This document shows positions 31,499 through 48,785 of a stretch of 64,000 nucleotides of DNA, piece after piece. The stretch comes from the human T2T-CHM13v2.0 reference genome, Homo sapiens. How positions within the stretch are numbered: position 1 is the stretch's first letter; every line of letters starts with the position of its first letter. The notes below the pieces were generated by a model that saw only the letters and a list, made by a program, of their open reading frames with translations, had not been told where the DNA came from and ran no database searches. The translations under genes and the position numbers were made by a program. The stretch lies in assembly GCF_009914755.1 (NCBI RefSeq), contig NC_060940.1, one strand, 5' to 3'.

Positions 31499-32074
31499 TG
31501 CTATGGTCTGAATGTCTGTGCCCTCCCAAAATTCATATGTTGAAATCCTAGCCCCCAGGATGATGGTATTAGGAGGTGGAGCCTAGGTCATGGCAGGCAG
31601 AGTCCTTATGAAGGAGATTAATGCCCTTATAATAAAAGAAGCCCACCAGCCTGGCCAACGTGGTAAAACCCCGTCTCTACTAAAAATACAAAAAAAAATT
31701 AGGTGGGTATGGTGACACCTGCCTGTAGTCCTAGCTACCCAGGAGGTTGAGGGAGGAGAATCGCTTCAATGTGGGAGGCAGAAGCTGCAGTGAGCCAAGA
31801 TTGCACTCCTACACTCCAGCCAGAGCGACAGAGTGAGACTCTGTCTCAAAACAAAAATAATAATAAAATAAGTCCTGAGTTGCTCACTGTCCCCTTCCAT
31901 CCCATGAGGACTTGGGGAGAAGATGCCGTTTGTGAGGAATGGGTCCTCACCAGACACCAAATCTGCCTTGATCTTGGACTTCCCAGCCTCCAGAACTGTG
32001 AGAATTACATTTTTGTTGTTTACAAGCTTCCTGGTTTATGGTATTTTGGTAGAGAAGCCCAAACAGACTAAGCC
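31499..32074 (+). mobile_element. MaLR LTR (MSTD/MLT1A-like) interrupted by a 5'-truncated Alu (31645-31870)
   Basis: tgctatggtctgaatgt...cagcctccagaactgtgaga...gactaagcca; Alu TSD ataataaaagaagccc/ataataaaataagtcc. Confidence 0.8.
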
Positions 32075-32079
32075 AAGCA

Positions 32080-33430
<1,351 letters not shown>

Positions 33431-33929
33431 TAGAGACTTAAAAGCCATTCTTAGCTTGTGGGCCTTATAAAAACAGGCCCTGGGCTGGATTGGGCTGCAG
33501 TTGGCTGACTCCTGCTATAGGTGACAAAAGTGAACAGTGAGCAGTTAGGTCAGACAGCTTGTAAGGGTGAGCCTGCAGTCTTCCGCAGTGCTTCACTGTT
33601 CTCTCTGCAGGCACCTGAGGGAGGGCCTGGGACAGGCAGGTGGAGAGAGGCACGGCCGATTCAACCATCACTCTGGGAAAGCAGAGACAATGTAAAGCCC
33701 CAGAACTTTTGAGAAGAGCGTTTAGTCCTGACTAGGTGTGGGGCTGTGGTACTAGACCGGGTGATATGAGTGAGATTTCCTCCCTTCCGTTATTTTCAGC
33801 AGAATACTGAAATTGATTTCCTGGAAGGTGTGTGATATATTCTGAATACGTTAGTCCTTTCCCCCAGGAACATGGTCAGCAGTTGCCATACAGTGTCTAA
33901 TTCAGGTTTGGTTCCTTTTTCCTGCTTAG

Positions 33930-34010
33930 AAACGAGAGGTGAATACCGTTTTGGCAGATGTCATCAAGCACATGACTCCAGATCGTGCATTTGAAGATTC
34001 CTACCCCCAG
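33930..34010 (+). CDS. VPS35L: VPS35L coding exon (~exon 19), 81 nt: [27 protein letters not shown]
   Basis: ttcctgcttag acceptor; CAG|gtaaca donor. Confidence 0.95.
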
Positions 34011-34074
34011 GTAACAGATTTGCATTTCTCATTTCAACATTGTTAGGAATTTTGTTCTGTTGAATTAAATAGGC

Positions 34075-34315
34075 GTGTTGTATGGGTCAGGCTATAAAGG
34101 CACATAATCCTGTGTTTGAATCATAGCTCTGCCATATCCTAGCCATGTGCCCTTTGATCAGTTACTTAACCTTGTTGTGCCCCAGTTTTCTCACCTGTGA
34201 AATGGAGATAGTAATAGTGCTACCTGAGAGTTACTGTGAGGATGAAGTGAAGCCCTCACACAGTGGCCTGGCACGTGGTAAATGCTCAGTAAGCGTTGTC
34301 TTCATTGTTGTCACC
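34075..34315 (+). mobile_element. MIR
   Basis: agttacttaaccttgttgtgccccagttttctcacctgtgaaatggaga. Confidence 0.8.
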
Positions 34316-34354
34316 AGTAAGTAAACTGCGAGTATTTTTAGTTAAATCAACTTT

Positions 34355-35271
34355 GTTTTTTCCTTTTTTTTTGAAACAGGGTCTCGCTCAGTCACGGAGG
34401 CTGGAGTGCAGTGATGCGATCACCGCTTGGCACAGCCTCGACTTCCTGGGCTTAAGCATAATTTTTTTATGTGGAAATAAATTTAAGCTTATTGGAAAGT
34501 TAAAAGAAAGCTCAAAGAATTCCTATTATTCTTTAACCAGATTTACTAGCTGTTAACATTTGTTTTTTTTTGTTTTTGTTTTTGTTTTGTTTTGAGACGG
34601 AGTCTTGCTCTGTTGCCCAGGCTGGAGTGCAGTGGTGCGATCTTGGCTCATTGCAACCTCCACCTTCAATTCTTCTGTCTCAGCCTTCCGAGTAGCTGGG
34701 ACTACAGGGGCGTGCCACCACGCCTGGCTAATTTTTTGAATTTTTAGTAGAGTTGGGGTTTCACCGCATTAGCCAGGGTGGTCTCGATGTCCTGACTTCG
34801 TGATCCACCCGCCTCAGCCTCCCAAAGTGCTGGGATTACAGGCATGAGCCACTGCACCCGGCCAACTGTTAACATTTTACTACATATGCTTTATCATTCA
34901 CGCATTCCACACATATATACATGTATGTGTGTACATTTTTTTCTCAGAATTATTTGATAATAAGTTGCATACATTATGTCACATTTTGCTTCTAAAGAGT
35001 TCAGTGAGGCAAGGTGTGGTGGCTCATGCCTGTAATCCCAGCACTTTGGGAGGCCAAGGAGGGCAGATCACTTGAGTCCAGGAGTTCAAGACCAGTCTGG
35101 GCCATCTCTACAAAAAATATAAAAATTAGCCATGCGTGGTGGTGCATGCCTATAGTCCCAGCTACCTGGGATGCTATAGTAGGAGAATCACCTTAGCCTT
35201 GGAGGCTGAAGTTGCAGTGAGCCCTCCAGCCCGGGTGAGAGAGAGACACGGTCTCAAAAAAAAAAAAAAAA
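34355..35271. mobile_element. Alu fragment (-, 34355-34458), Alu (-, 34561-34863) and Alu (+, 35008-35271) within L1MC remnants
   Basis: Alu sequence; TSD ctgttaacattt. Confidence 0.8.
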
Positions 35272-35379
35272 ACCCACTAATGTGAAATACCCATGTGAAA
35301 AGGGTATAAGAGCAGCTTTTGAAGGGGCTCTCACTTGCTCCCAATTTGAGGATCAAATGGAATTAGAACAGTAACAGAT

Positions 35380-37235
35380 TATAGCCCATTGAGTAAAATA
35401 GGAATCCAAGAGTCCATCCTTATGCTGAATAGATAAATAGATGAGCGGATTGAGAAATGTGAAAGAAATGGTAGAATTGGAAAAATCACCATTTTGTAGC
35501 CATCCCAGTAAAGACAAGAATTGTCTTCCTTTAGGTAAGAATTATCAGTGTATGCTAACCCTGGGAAGAAGAGTTTTGCATGCATTGAGGAGGAGAGAGA
35601 TTTTGAGAGTTTGATGAGGAGCAGGATATTTGCATATCTCAAGAGTTCTTCCTACTGAGCAGGTATCAATTGCAATGAGGAAAATAGTGACTATACAGCA
35701 GAGACAGTGGACAGTCCAGTTAATGAGAGTTCATCTCACCAATGAGGAGGAAAAGGCCATCATGTGCCTGCAGATGTAGTACCCTAAGAAAGACACAGCA
35801 TCACCTGTATAGCATTTCAGTTGAGAATGCACAAGGGAATGTCACACATGCGCAGATTGAGAAGCATTTTATAATTCTTCAGAAATATCACCATGGCCAG
35901 GCTCCATGGCTCACACCTATAATTCCAGACTTTGGGAGGCTGAGGCAGGAGGATTATTTGAGGCCAGGAGTTCGAGTCCAGTGTGGGCAACATAGCAAGA
36001 CCCTATCTCTGCAAAAAATTAAAAAAAGAAAGAAATTAGCCAGGTGTGGTGGTGCATGCCTGTAGTTCCAGCTATTCAGGAGGCAGAGCTGGAAGGATTG
36101 TTTGAGCCCAGGAGTTAGAGGCTGCAGTGAGCTATGATAGCACCACTGCACTCCAACCTCAGTGACAGAGTGAGATCCTGTCTCTAATTGAACTAAACTA
36201 AAAATAAAATAAATAAAATGAAATAAAACCCAAAAACCCCACATATATCATTGCCATAAATGACAAAGACAGACGGAAGAACTTGTGAACTAACACAGAC
36301 TAAAGAGACGTGAAAATGGAATGCAGTGCGCAATCTCAGACTGGATCCTGCACAGAAGATGGAAAAAATAATGTCAGAAAAGACTAATTGAGACAATCAA
36401 CAGCTTGGAAATGGGTGATAGATGAGATCAAATTAGTTTAGATTTCATTATATCAGTGTTAACTTTCCCAATTTGATGACAGCAAGTGGAAATGTCAGAG
36501 AATATGATTATTCTTAGGAAATAAAAAATGAAGTGTTAAGGGGTAAGGGCATGATTCATGCAATCTACTCTCATATAGTTCAGGGAAAAAATAGTATGTT
36601 TTGCATAGAGACAACCACAAAGCACATTTGGCAAAATATTAAAAATTGATGGATTTGGGTAAAGAATATATGGGAGTTCTCAGTACTATTCTCTCAGCTT
36701 TTCTGCAAGTCTGAAATTATTTCAAAATAAAAAGTTAAAGCCAGGTGAAGTGGCTCACGCTTGTAATCCCATCACTTTGGGAAGCCAAGATGGGCGGATT
36801 GCTTGAGCCCAGGAGTTCAAGACCAGCCTGGGCAACATGGCAAAACCCCGTCACTACTAAAAAAATATAAAAATTAGATGGGTGTGGTGGCGTGCACCTG
36901 TGGTCCCAGCTACCCTGGAGGCTAAGGCAGGAGGATTGCTTGAGCCCAGGAGGTCAAGGCTGCAGTGAGCTGAGATCATGCCACACTGCATGCCAGCCTG
37001 TGCAACAGAGAAAGACCCTGTCTCAAAAAATAATAATAAAACAAATAATAATAAAACAATGATAGAATTGTTTACAAATTCTATCATTAAATGGATGGAT
37101 AAGTGAGATGATAAAGTAAATGTATTAAATTGCTGGCTTTTGTAAAATCTAGGTGGTGAATAAATGCGTGTTTGTATAATTCTTTCAATATTCTTTATTT
37201 TTGAGCATTTTTATAATGAAATATTAAGGGGAAAA
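35380..37235 (+). mobile_element. Old L1MC/ME 3' region with sense AluJ insertions (35894-36228; 36739-37055)
   Basis: gactggatcctgcacagaa...ttctgcaagtctgaaattatttcaaaataaaaagtt. Confidence 0.7.
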
Positions 37236-37844
37236 AAATCCTGTCTTTTAAAATCACAGTTTATGTGTAGCTGTGCTTAAGTGTTAACAAAAAATTTCTT
37301 GTTCTAAAGGGATTAGGTGCTTTATGCTTCAGAAACTATTTTAACCAGACAGCATTGCAGTGTCTTACAATGGTATGCCTTGGAGCATTGTTTATGATGA
37401 AGTTTTGAAGTCCTTTATTAGTTTTTTGCTTGACTGACCTAGTAAGCTGCCTAATTATGAAATGGGCACATAACGTTCTTCATGTTCTGTTTTTAGAACA
37501 TGAGAGATTTTCTTTGGAAATTATTGAAACAGCAGTTTTTTTAGTGTAAACAAATTGTCAGTACATTTTCTTGATAGCAACCAGAGGTGGAGAGTTCTAT
37601 TTTATTTAGAAACCGCATCTTCTTGGCTCTCCTGGACCAAGGCCCTGTCAGCCTTTCAGTCTGGACTGTGCATCGCAGAGTGAGGGGCGGTAACCATCAG
37701 TATCTGGGCATTTTTGAGGCAGACCTCACAGACTGTGCCACCATCCTTGGGTAATACCTTGGCCTTTACCTCTACCAGCACACTCTGTCCAAATCCTCTC
37801 CAGTGAATAATCAAGAAACACAGGGCCACACGATGATGTAGAAT

Positions 37845-38030
37845 AGGGATTGGCCAACTACAGCCCATAGGCTATATGTAGCCTGCCACTTGTTTTTGTG
37901 AATAAAGTTTTATTGGCACAAATTCATTTAATGCACATTCATTTAATGTTGGCAATGGCTGCTTTTGCACTGCAATAGTGTTGAGTAGTTGTGGTGGACT
38001 GTAGGACGTTTATAGAAAAAGTTTGCCCAC
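37845..38030 (+). mobile_element. MER58A-like hAT MITE
   Basis: ggccaactacagccc...aataaagttttattggcaca...tagaaaaagtttgccc. Confidence 0.75.
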
Positions 38031-38430
38031 TATTCAAGGAATAACAATAGCTGACATTAATGGAGAACTTTCTAAAGGCGGGCACTGCACTCAGGACCTT
38101 CCACGAACCATTCCATTGAGTCCTTACTGCTTTGATCTCCAATTCACAGATGAGGAAGCTGAGACTGAGACTCAGTTACTTCCCCAGGACTATGAAGTAG
38201 GATGTACAGAGTCATTGGGCAAACTCAGCTTGAGACAGAGCCTACCCTAAGCCCAGTTCACCATTTGTTGAACAATCCAGGCTTACCTTATTGTAGTAAT
38301 AATTGCAAATTATGAAAGGTGATTGCCTTTTTAAAAAAAAATTTAGGTTTTCCTGAGAGAATGTAAACCAGAAAGAAATTTTTAAAAATTAAGTTTTTAA
38401 AAATAATATTTTTGTTTGTTTGTTTTACAG

Positions 38431-38493
38431 CTTCAGTTAATAATTAAGAAAGTTATTGCCCACTTCCATGACTTCTCAGTTCTTTTCTCAGTG
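38431..38493 (+). CDS. VPS35L: VPS35L coding exon (~exon 20), 63 nt: LQLIIKKVIAHFHDFSVLFSV
   Basis: tgttttacag acceptor; GTG|gtaagt donor. Confidence 0.95.
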
Positions 38494-38534
38494 GTAAGTA
38501 GGATTTCTTAATTATCTTTGGAAATTTGTACCTG

Positions 38535-38830
38535 GCTCAGAGGTTCTCATTGTCTCAGTAATGTTTTCATGATGCCCCAGGCCAAAAGAAATATTCAGCA
38601 GTTCCTTTTATAAAGTAGTTAAGTCTGATCAACTTAAGTATTTATGTCCTAATAGATTAAGCCGTATTTGAAAAAATAATACACAAAAACTGAAAGAAAA
38701 ATATTATTTCTGTTTCATTCCTTACTTATGGGATATGTATAAGTAAGGGCATTACACAACTTCTCAAACCTTCAAAACACTTTGGACAGCCTTCTCTTAC
38801 TTTGCTCTTCCACAGTGATTTTCACAGGGC
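38535..38830. mobile_element. hAT-Charlie (Charlie4-like) fragment
   Basis: Shares caacttaagtatttatgtc and flanking sequence with the element at 49317-50517. Confidence 0.55.
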
Positions 38831-39213
38831 ACTTGCTTTTTAATCACACAGCCTAATGTTGAAACTATGAAATACATTGACTAGTAGTTGTTTCAGTGTC
38901 TGACAGTTGAGATTTACCATGATTCCCTCAAAAATTTAAAATATCCTGCGATGTCTGTTCGAGTTTGTTCAGTGCCCTGGGCAAGTAGGGAATCTAGGTT
39001 ATTCCCTGTATAGTAACATTCTCTGTCTCTCCCTTCACTTCCCTCTTCCAGGTTCCATTTACATGTGCTCACAAGATTGTAAGATTTTTTATTTTAATCA
39101 TAGCAGCTAATATTTATTCGACATATACCACACTCCAAGCACTGTTCTGGGACTTTACATGTATTGCCTCACATTAGTTTCATACCACCACGGGGAAGTA
39201 GGAGTTATCACTG

Positions 39214-40055
39214 TAGTATTGCCTTCTTATCCAGGAGGAATATACATTCCAAGACTCCCAGGAGTTGCCTGAAACCGCAGATAGAACTGACTGCTGTGTA
39301 TACTATGTTTTATCCTATACATACATACCTACGGTAAAGTTTCATATATAAATTAGGCACAGTAAGAGACTGACAACAATAGCTAAAATAGAACAGTTAT
39401 AACAATATGCCAGCATTGCTACTCTTGCACTTTGGGAGCATCATTAAGTAAAATAAGTGTTCTTTGAACACAAAAATGCTGTGATACCATGACAGTGAAT
39501 CTGATGACAAAGACAGCTGCTAAGTGACTAACGAGCAGGTAGCATCTACAATGTGGAGACGCTAGACAAAGGGATGACTCACAACCTGGGAGGGACAGAA
39601 CAGTATAGCGTGAGATTTCATTACACTACTCTGAGCAATGCACAATTTCAAATGAATGGGGCTGGGCTTAGTGGCTCACACCTGTAAACCCAGCACTTTC
39701 AGAGGCCAAGGCAGGCAGATCACCTGAGACCAGGAGTTCCAGACCAGCCTGGCCAACATGGCAAAACCCTGTCTCTACTAAAAATACAAAAAATTAGCCA
39801 GGTGTGGTGGTGCATGCCTGTAGTCCCAGCTACTGGGGAGGCTGAGGTTGCAGTGAACCGAGATTGCACCAGGGCACTCGAGCCTAGACAACAGAGCGAA
39901 ACTCTGTTTCAAACAAATAAAATGCAATAAAAATAAAAATGAAAATGAATAAAGTGCTTATTTCTAGAATTTTCTATTTAATATTTTCGGATGGCCGTTA
40001 ACCGAGGATAACTGACACTATGGAAAGCAAAACCGCAGATAAGGGAGCAACTACC
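39214..40055 (-). mobile_element. MER44-like Tigger element inserted in a MIR and itself interrupted by a sense Alu (39660-39946)
   Basis: ctatacatacatacctacggtaaagttt...aaaccgcagataaggg; MIR halves on both sides. Confidence 0.75.
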
Positions 40056-40355
40056 ATATTCCCACTTTACAGATGAGAAAACTGATGCAGGAAGAGGTAG
40101 AGTAACTTGCTTACAGCCACACAGTCACCGAGGTTAGTATTCAGAGCCAGGCGGTCCAATTTCGAGGCCATCTGTGAACAGCTCTACTCTGACTCTTCTT
40201 CCATTGCTCATCAATATAATCACAAAAAAACTGAAGTCTGCCTTGCCCAGAAAAGCTTGTGGTCATCAAAGGTTGCCTGGATGGCTCACCAAAATGTTAA
40301 CTGGTCCCAGCACCAATCCCTGGAATGCATATAAGTTGTTTTAATAGTAACAGCT

Positions 40356-40726
<371 letters not shown>

Positions 40727-40851
40727 TGACCCGACTCAGAGAGATGAACCTCTGTTCTGCTTCTTTGAACTCCACAGAAAAAGAGACCTACAGATTCCTT
40801 CCTTCCAATAACTTGTGTCATTTGCATATAGAGTGCTTGCTTTATTTATAG

Positions 40852-40937
40852 GAAAAATTTCTGCCGTTTCTGGACATGTTCCAAAAAGAGAGTGTGCGGG
40901 TGGAGGTTTGCAAATGCATCATGGACGCCTTTATCAA
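40852..40937 (+). CDS. VPS35L: VPS35L coding exon (~exon 21), 86 nt: EKFLPFLDMFQKESVRVEVCKCIMDAFI(K)
   Basis: ttatttatag acceptor; CAA|gtgagt donor. Confidence 0.95.
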
Positions 40938-41050
40938 GTGAGTGCCACTGCGTGCAGCAGAAGCCTTGATTCCCAATGTCCTTGTGAAACCTGTTGATAA
41001 AAAATCAGTTCTTGCACTTTGAGGCCGAGTGATGTGTACGTATTTCATAC

Positions 41051-41262
41051 AGAAAACCACACTGGAAGGAAAGCCACATTAAAAGCAGCAGTCTGATAAA
41101 AGTTTGTAATTCGTGTTTAAGAAGACAGAGTAGCAAGTGTTATCATGAGCCTGGCCAGAAAACCACACTGGAAGGAAAGCCACATTAAAAGCAGCAGTCT
41201 GATAAAAGTTTGTCATTCGTGTTTAAGAAGACAGAGTAGCAAGTGTAATCATGTGCCTGGCC
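41051..41262. repeat. Direct tandem duplication, 2 x 106 bp
   Basis: Copies 41051-41156 and 41157-41262; three substitutions seen. Confidence 0.95.
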
Positions 41263-41584
41263 AGCAGCTCCATTTTACTTTTGATATGTTTTTAGAAGGA
41301 GCAGTCTTTTGATAAATTCCCTCAAGAGTAACATTTTTAAGGATACAAATCAGGACATACATACTTACGAAGAAGGCACCGGTGCTAGAAAGGTTTTCAT
41401 CTTCAGTGTTTAGTTATGTAGCTGACTAATGTGTGATCAGTTTTCAAATTTAGCTCTTTAACAAAAAAGAAAAAAAATCAAATTTAGTTCTTTTCATTTT
41501 TTTGATTAAGTCTGTGTTTCCCAAAACTGCCCGACTGCTAGTGGTACATGAAATAATTTTAAGGTGGTGCATGGAAAAAAGGTG

Positions 41585-42228
<644 letters not shown>

Positions 42229-42763
42229 TGATTTTAAATGTATTAGGCAGTTTATAACTAGTTTAATATGATTTCATTTACAATATATTATTTTTTAGGA
42301 CAGGGTTAAGAAAAAAAAGCTAGTTACTTTAAATATTAGGTGTATAGATATGGTTCACTTTGGAAAATTGAGTTTGATATTGCTCAAATGTTTTAAGCTT
42401 TTCTTGTCATCTTTCTAAAAGATTAATTCCTTCCTAAGGATTAATATTAATTCCTAATTAATATGCTTGGAATAAATATACCTAATTTACTTACCTAAAG
42501 ATTTGTTTTAAGAGCTTGCCCTTTTATATTATTTGAAAAACCAAATGAATAATTTTGCCTGGCAAAATTCGCCTGTTAAGAACACAGTGACAGGTTTTGG
42601 GCAGCTTCAGAAGGTATAAGAAGCATAGTTAAAAACAACAAACAAAAACAGGTTTGCCCTTAGCCCACCTGGTTTAGGAAGGGGAACAGTTTTTCTGTGA
42701 TTTTGCAGTTAGGAGAAGTTATCATGTGTATAGAAGAGCAAACTTGTTATTTAAAGAATTCTG

Positions 42764-43049
42764 GGCCAGGTGCGGTGGCTCACGCCCGTAATCCCAATAC
42801 TTTGGGAGGCTGAGGCAGGTGGATCACCTGAGGCCAGGAGTTCGAGAGCAGCCTGGCCAACATGGTGAAACCCTGTGTCTACCAAAAATACAAAAATTAG
42901 CTGGGTGTGGTGACGCACGTATGTAATCCCAGCTACTTGGGAGGCTGAGGCAGGAGGATCACTCCAACCCAGGAGGCAGGGGCTGCAGTGAGCTGAGGTC
43001 ACATCACTGCACTCCAGCCTGGGTGACAGAGTGAGACTCTGTCTCAAAA
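42764..43049 (+). mobile_element. AluS
   Basis: TSD aaagaattctg. Confidence 0.9.
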
Positions 43050-43231
43050 GTTTAAAAAAGAATTCTGAGACAACCAGAGAACATGGCTCGTTACTGGTAA
43101 ACTGGGCTGGGTGAAATGCCAGCTGGATAATTTGCTGCTTTTCAAGTGTGTACAGTGGATGAAAACTGAATCCACTCTTGCAGTGCTGTCAGTGGACAAA
43201 ACTTTGACTTTTATCTTTAAATGTCTCCTAG

Positions 43232-43312
43232 GCATCAACAAGAGCCCACCAAGGACCCGGTCATCTTGAATGCCCTTTTGCATGTTTGCAAGACCATGCA
43301 TGACTCTGTGAA
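43232..43312 (+). CDS. VPS35L: VPS35L coding exon (~exon 22), 81 nt, phase 2-2: [26 protein letters not shown](N)
   Basis: gtctcctag acceptor; GAA|gtaagc donor. Confidence 0.95.
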
Positions 43313-44139
43313 GTAAGCCATGCTTACAGCTGAAATATAACATGGATTGGGTCTTAATGCCACCTAATAGGACATTAGGGAATGACTGCTTTAAGCTGCC
43401 ACTGTGAATAATATTACTTTATTGGGAGTATTAAGATTTTTGCTAACGAGGACATTCCAATCCAGGAGAGGAAGGAGGCTGAGGTTAACCTTCTTGAGAA
43501 AGCGACGTGGCAGATGTTGTTAGAAAGGAGTTTATGTTGCGGGTAAAAAGCTGGTTCCATTCAAGTGAACTCAAACTCCATGTCTCTTGGAGATTTCTGA
43601 GAGCAGCAGATAGTGTAATAATGAGCTCACTCATCCAGTAATATAGCCTTTTTATTTCATCTCTATATTAGCCAATTATTTGAAATTCAAATGAAACTGC
43701 TTGAGGCTGAGACCTATCCACAGGCATTACCTTTCAGTCAAAGGCTGAATAGTCACTGCCTTCTGGTTTTTGTTTGTTTATTTTTAAAATATGTTTTCGT
43801 TTGACTGTGCTTAGGGCAATTCCTGCTTATTTGTGGCTGAAATTTTAGTCCCCCAAGAATTTTTAAACACAGCAACTTGATTTACTGGAAAATGTTACAA
43901 GAATGGAGAAAATTGTTTTGGAACTTAACCATCAACAAGATGAACTGTATTTCTTCTTTGTTTTCTCTGCATTTTAGAATCTTCACTTCCATGATTTTTT
44001 GTGCTTTCAAATTCATGGGTAGTTACAAAAATCAAAGTGTCGAGGCATTTCATAAAAATGGAACCGGTAGACTTTAGTTGGACAAAAATAGAAATAAAGA
44101 CACAAAAAGCATCCAGAAAGGCACTTAGATTCGTGAGAT

Positions 44140-44982
<843 letters not shown>

Positions 44983-45721
44983 TTATTTAACTATCCAAGT
45001 ATAATCAAAACTGTAATGACTTTTTCTTATTTATATTTGTGTTACATTTTCTATTAAATAGAAGCAACTGAGACCTGAGATTTACTTTACAATGTATCAA
45101 AAAAATAAGATGGATTGATGGATGGAGAGGGGAATGGATAATTATGTGTAAAACAAGTAAAATGGTGATGGCAGGATTTCGATGGTGTATGGGTGTTTAC
45201 TGGAAAATTCTTTCAACTTTGCTGTACATTGGAAATATTTCTGTTTCCTTTTTGGGGAGAACGGGGTCTCGTCATGTTGCCCAGGTTGATCTCCAACTCC
45301 TAGGCTCAAACGAACCTGCTACCTCTGCCTTCCTAAGTGCTGGGATTACAGGTGTGAACCAGCACACCCCGCTGGAGATTTTTTAAATAAAATATTCAAT
45401 GAAATTTCCCTGAAATACAAAATTTGACATTAGACCTTGCTGCCCAAGTTCCAAAGAAGTGAAAGTTACCTTTTCTTTTCTTGTTAATAAATCTATCTTG
45501 AGAACAGCATATTTGAGGGAGATGAGAAACATATTTAAATTATGTTAATTGTGATTATGTATTTTTATCAAAGGAAAAATAAGCAGCCTGTTGGCAGTTT
45601 TTTAAATCTAGAAAATGCAAAATGTTCTTACCTGTTAAATTACTTACCCCTTGTGTATTTTTTTCTTTAGAAACTTTCATCTATTACCTCCGTGTTAATT
45701 ATGTACAATTATTGATTTTAG

Positions 45722-45785
45722 TGCACTCACTCTTGAGGATGAGAAAAGAATGCTGTCATATTTGATTAATGGATTTATAAAAATG
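45722..45785 (+). CDS. VPS35L: VPS35L coding exon (~exon 23), 64 nt: [21 protein letters not shown]
   Basis: ttgattttag acceptor; ATG|gtaagt donor. Confidence 0.94.
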
Positions 45786-45924
45786 GTAAGTATTAGGGAA
45801 GAAGTTTCAGTGCACTTGGAAGTGTGATGTAATTGTTTATCCTTATGTTGGCGAAAGCAGTTAACATTATGTTCTCTGGTGCTTTTCATTCTTAGTGAGA
45901 TAAAATGAAATTAGAAAACATCTT

Positions 45925-46710
<786 letters not shown>

Positions 46711-46726
46711 ATATCCACTCCCCATC

Positions 46727-47700
<974 letters not shown>

Positions 47701-48620
47701 CCACCATTATACTATCCCAGCCTGAACAGTCTTCACCTTCATTCTGGGTGCTCTAAGCCAAAACACCAACTGCTGCAAATATCTTCTATTTTAATAGAAA
47801 AGTCAGGACCAAAGCTGACTGAGATGAAAATGACGAGATCACTTTGAAAATAACCTTGAAATTCTGACTTGTTCAATAGTGCGGGTTGATTAGTCCACCT
47901 GACTCTGCGGGTAAAATATCAATTTTGATGAAAATTCAGGATTAGCCTTTCAATTCCCGTGTTAGGAAACAGACATATGGATTTTCCCAAGTCGCTCTCC
48001 TTTGCCCTTGCTTTTTGTACTCATCATGTGGTATTTATCTTTTTATGGCATTGTCTGAAAGTTACCAAGTTATTATGGAAAAGAATATAAGGAAATCAGA
48101 TATGAAACATGATAGCTGTAATGGAAATGGCAATGTTAAACCTCATCTGGACAAAAATGATTGATGTACAGTAAAGTTTTTCTTACTAACCAGCTATTCA
48201 TAAATTTGAAGAAATAGGAGAAGAGAGGATGTTTAATGGTGGAAAAACTTCCATCTATGGCTTCTGTAGCCACCAGTGAGCTGCCAAGGTTGGGTCCCCA
48301 TCAGGAAGCAGAAAGGTGTGACTGTTACGATGGCAAACCTTCTGACAAGGGGCCCCCAATAACCACATTTATGTTCTGTGAAAAGGCCACAGCTGACAAA
48401 CAATATCCCATTATTCCCTTTCCAGTGGTTTCCTTCAGAGTCTGGAAAATTCTGCTTACACTCTGAGCTTCTGTTTTATACCCTTCGACTTCTTAGGTTC
48501 TAGTCCAGTGCCCACGTCATAAAGATGAGGTGGCAATAATAATATTTCAGTCATACCATGTGCCTGCGTTCTCTCTAAAAATACCACTGTCCCTTTCAGC
48601 GTCTTTCTCCTTGATTCTAG

Positions 48621-48719
48621 GTTTCCTTTGGCCGTGATTTTGAACAACAGCTGAGTTTTTATGTTGAGTCCAGGTCGATGTTTTGCAATCTGGAGCCTGT
48701 TCTTGTGCAGTTGATTCAT
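48621..48719 (+). CDS. VPS35L: VPS35L coding exon (~exon 24), 99 nt: [33 protein letters not shown]
   Basis: ttgattctag acceptor; CAT|gtaagt donor. Confidence 0.95.
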
Positions 48720-48785
48720 GTAAGTATTTTCATTCATTAGTTTCTTCTCTCAGTAAATATTTATTGATCATCTACATCCCAATCA

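Noticed and set aside
38535-38720. Similarity to 49340-49820 suggesting a local duplication
   Set aside because: Better explained as two independent diverged copies of the same hAT-Charlie family
41051-41262. Repeat considered as a CRISPR-like array or RNA gene pair
   Set aside because: Two directly adjacent copies with no spacer in eukaryotic intronic DNA; no snoRNA boxes or tRNA fold recognised
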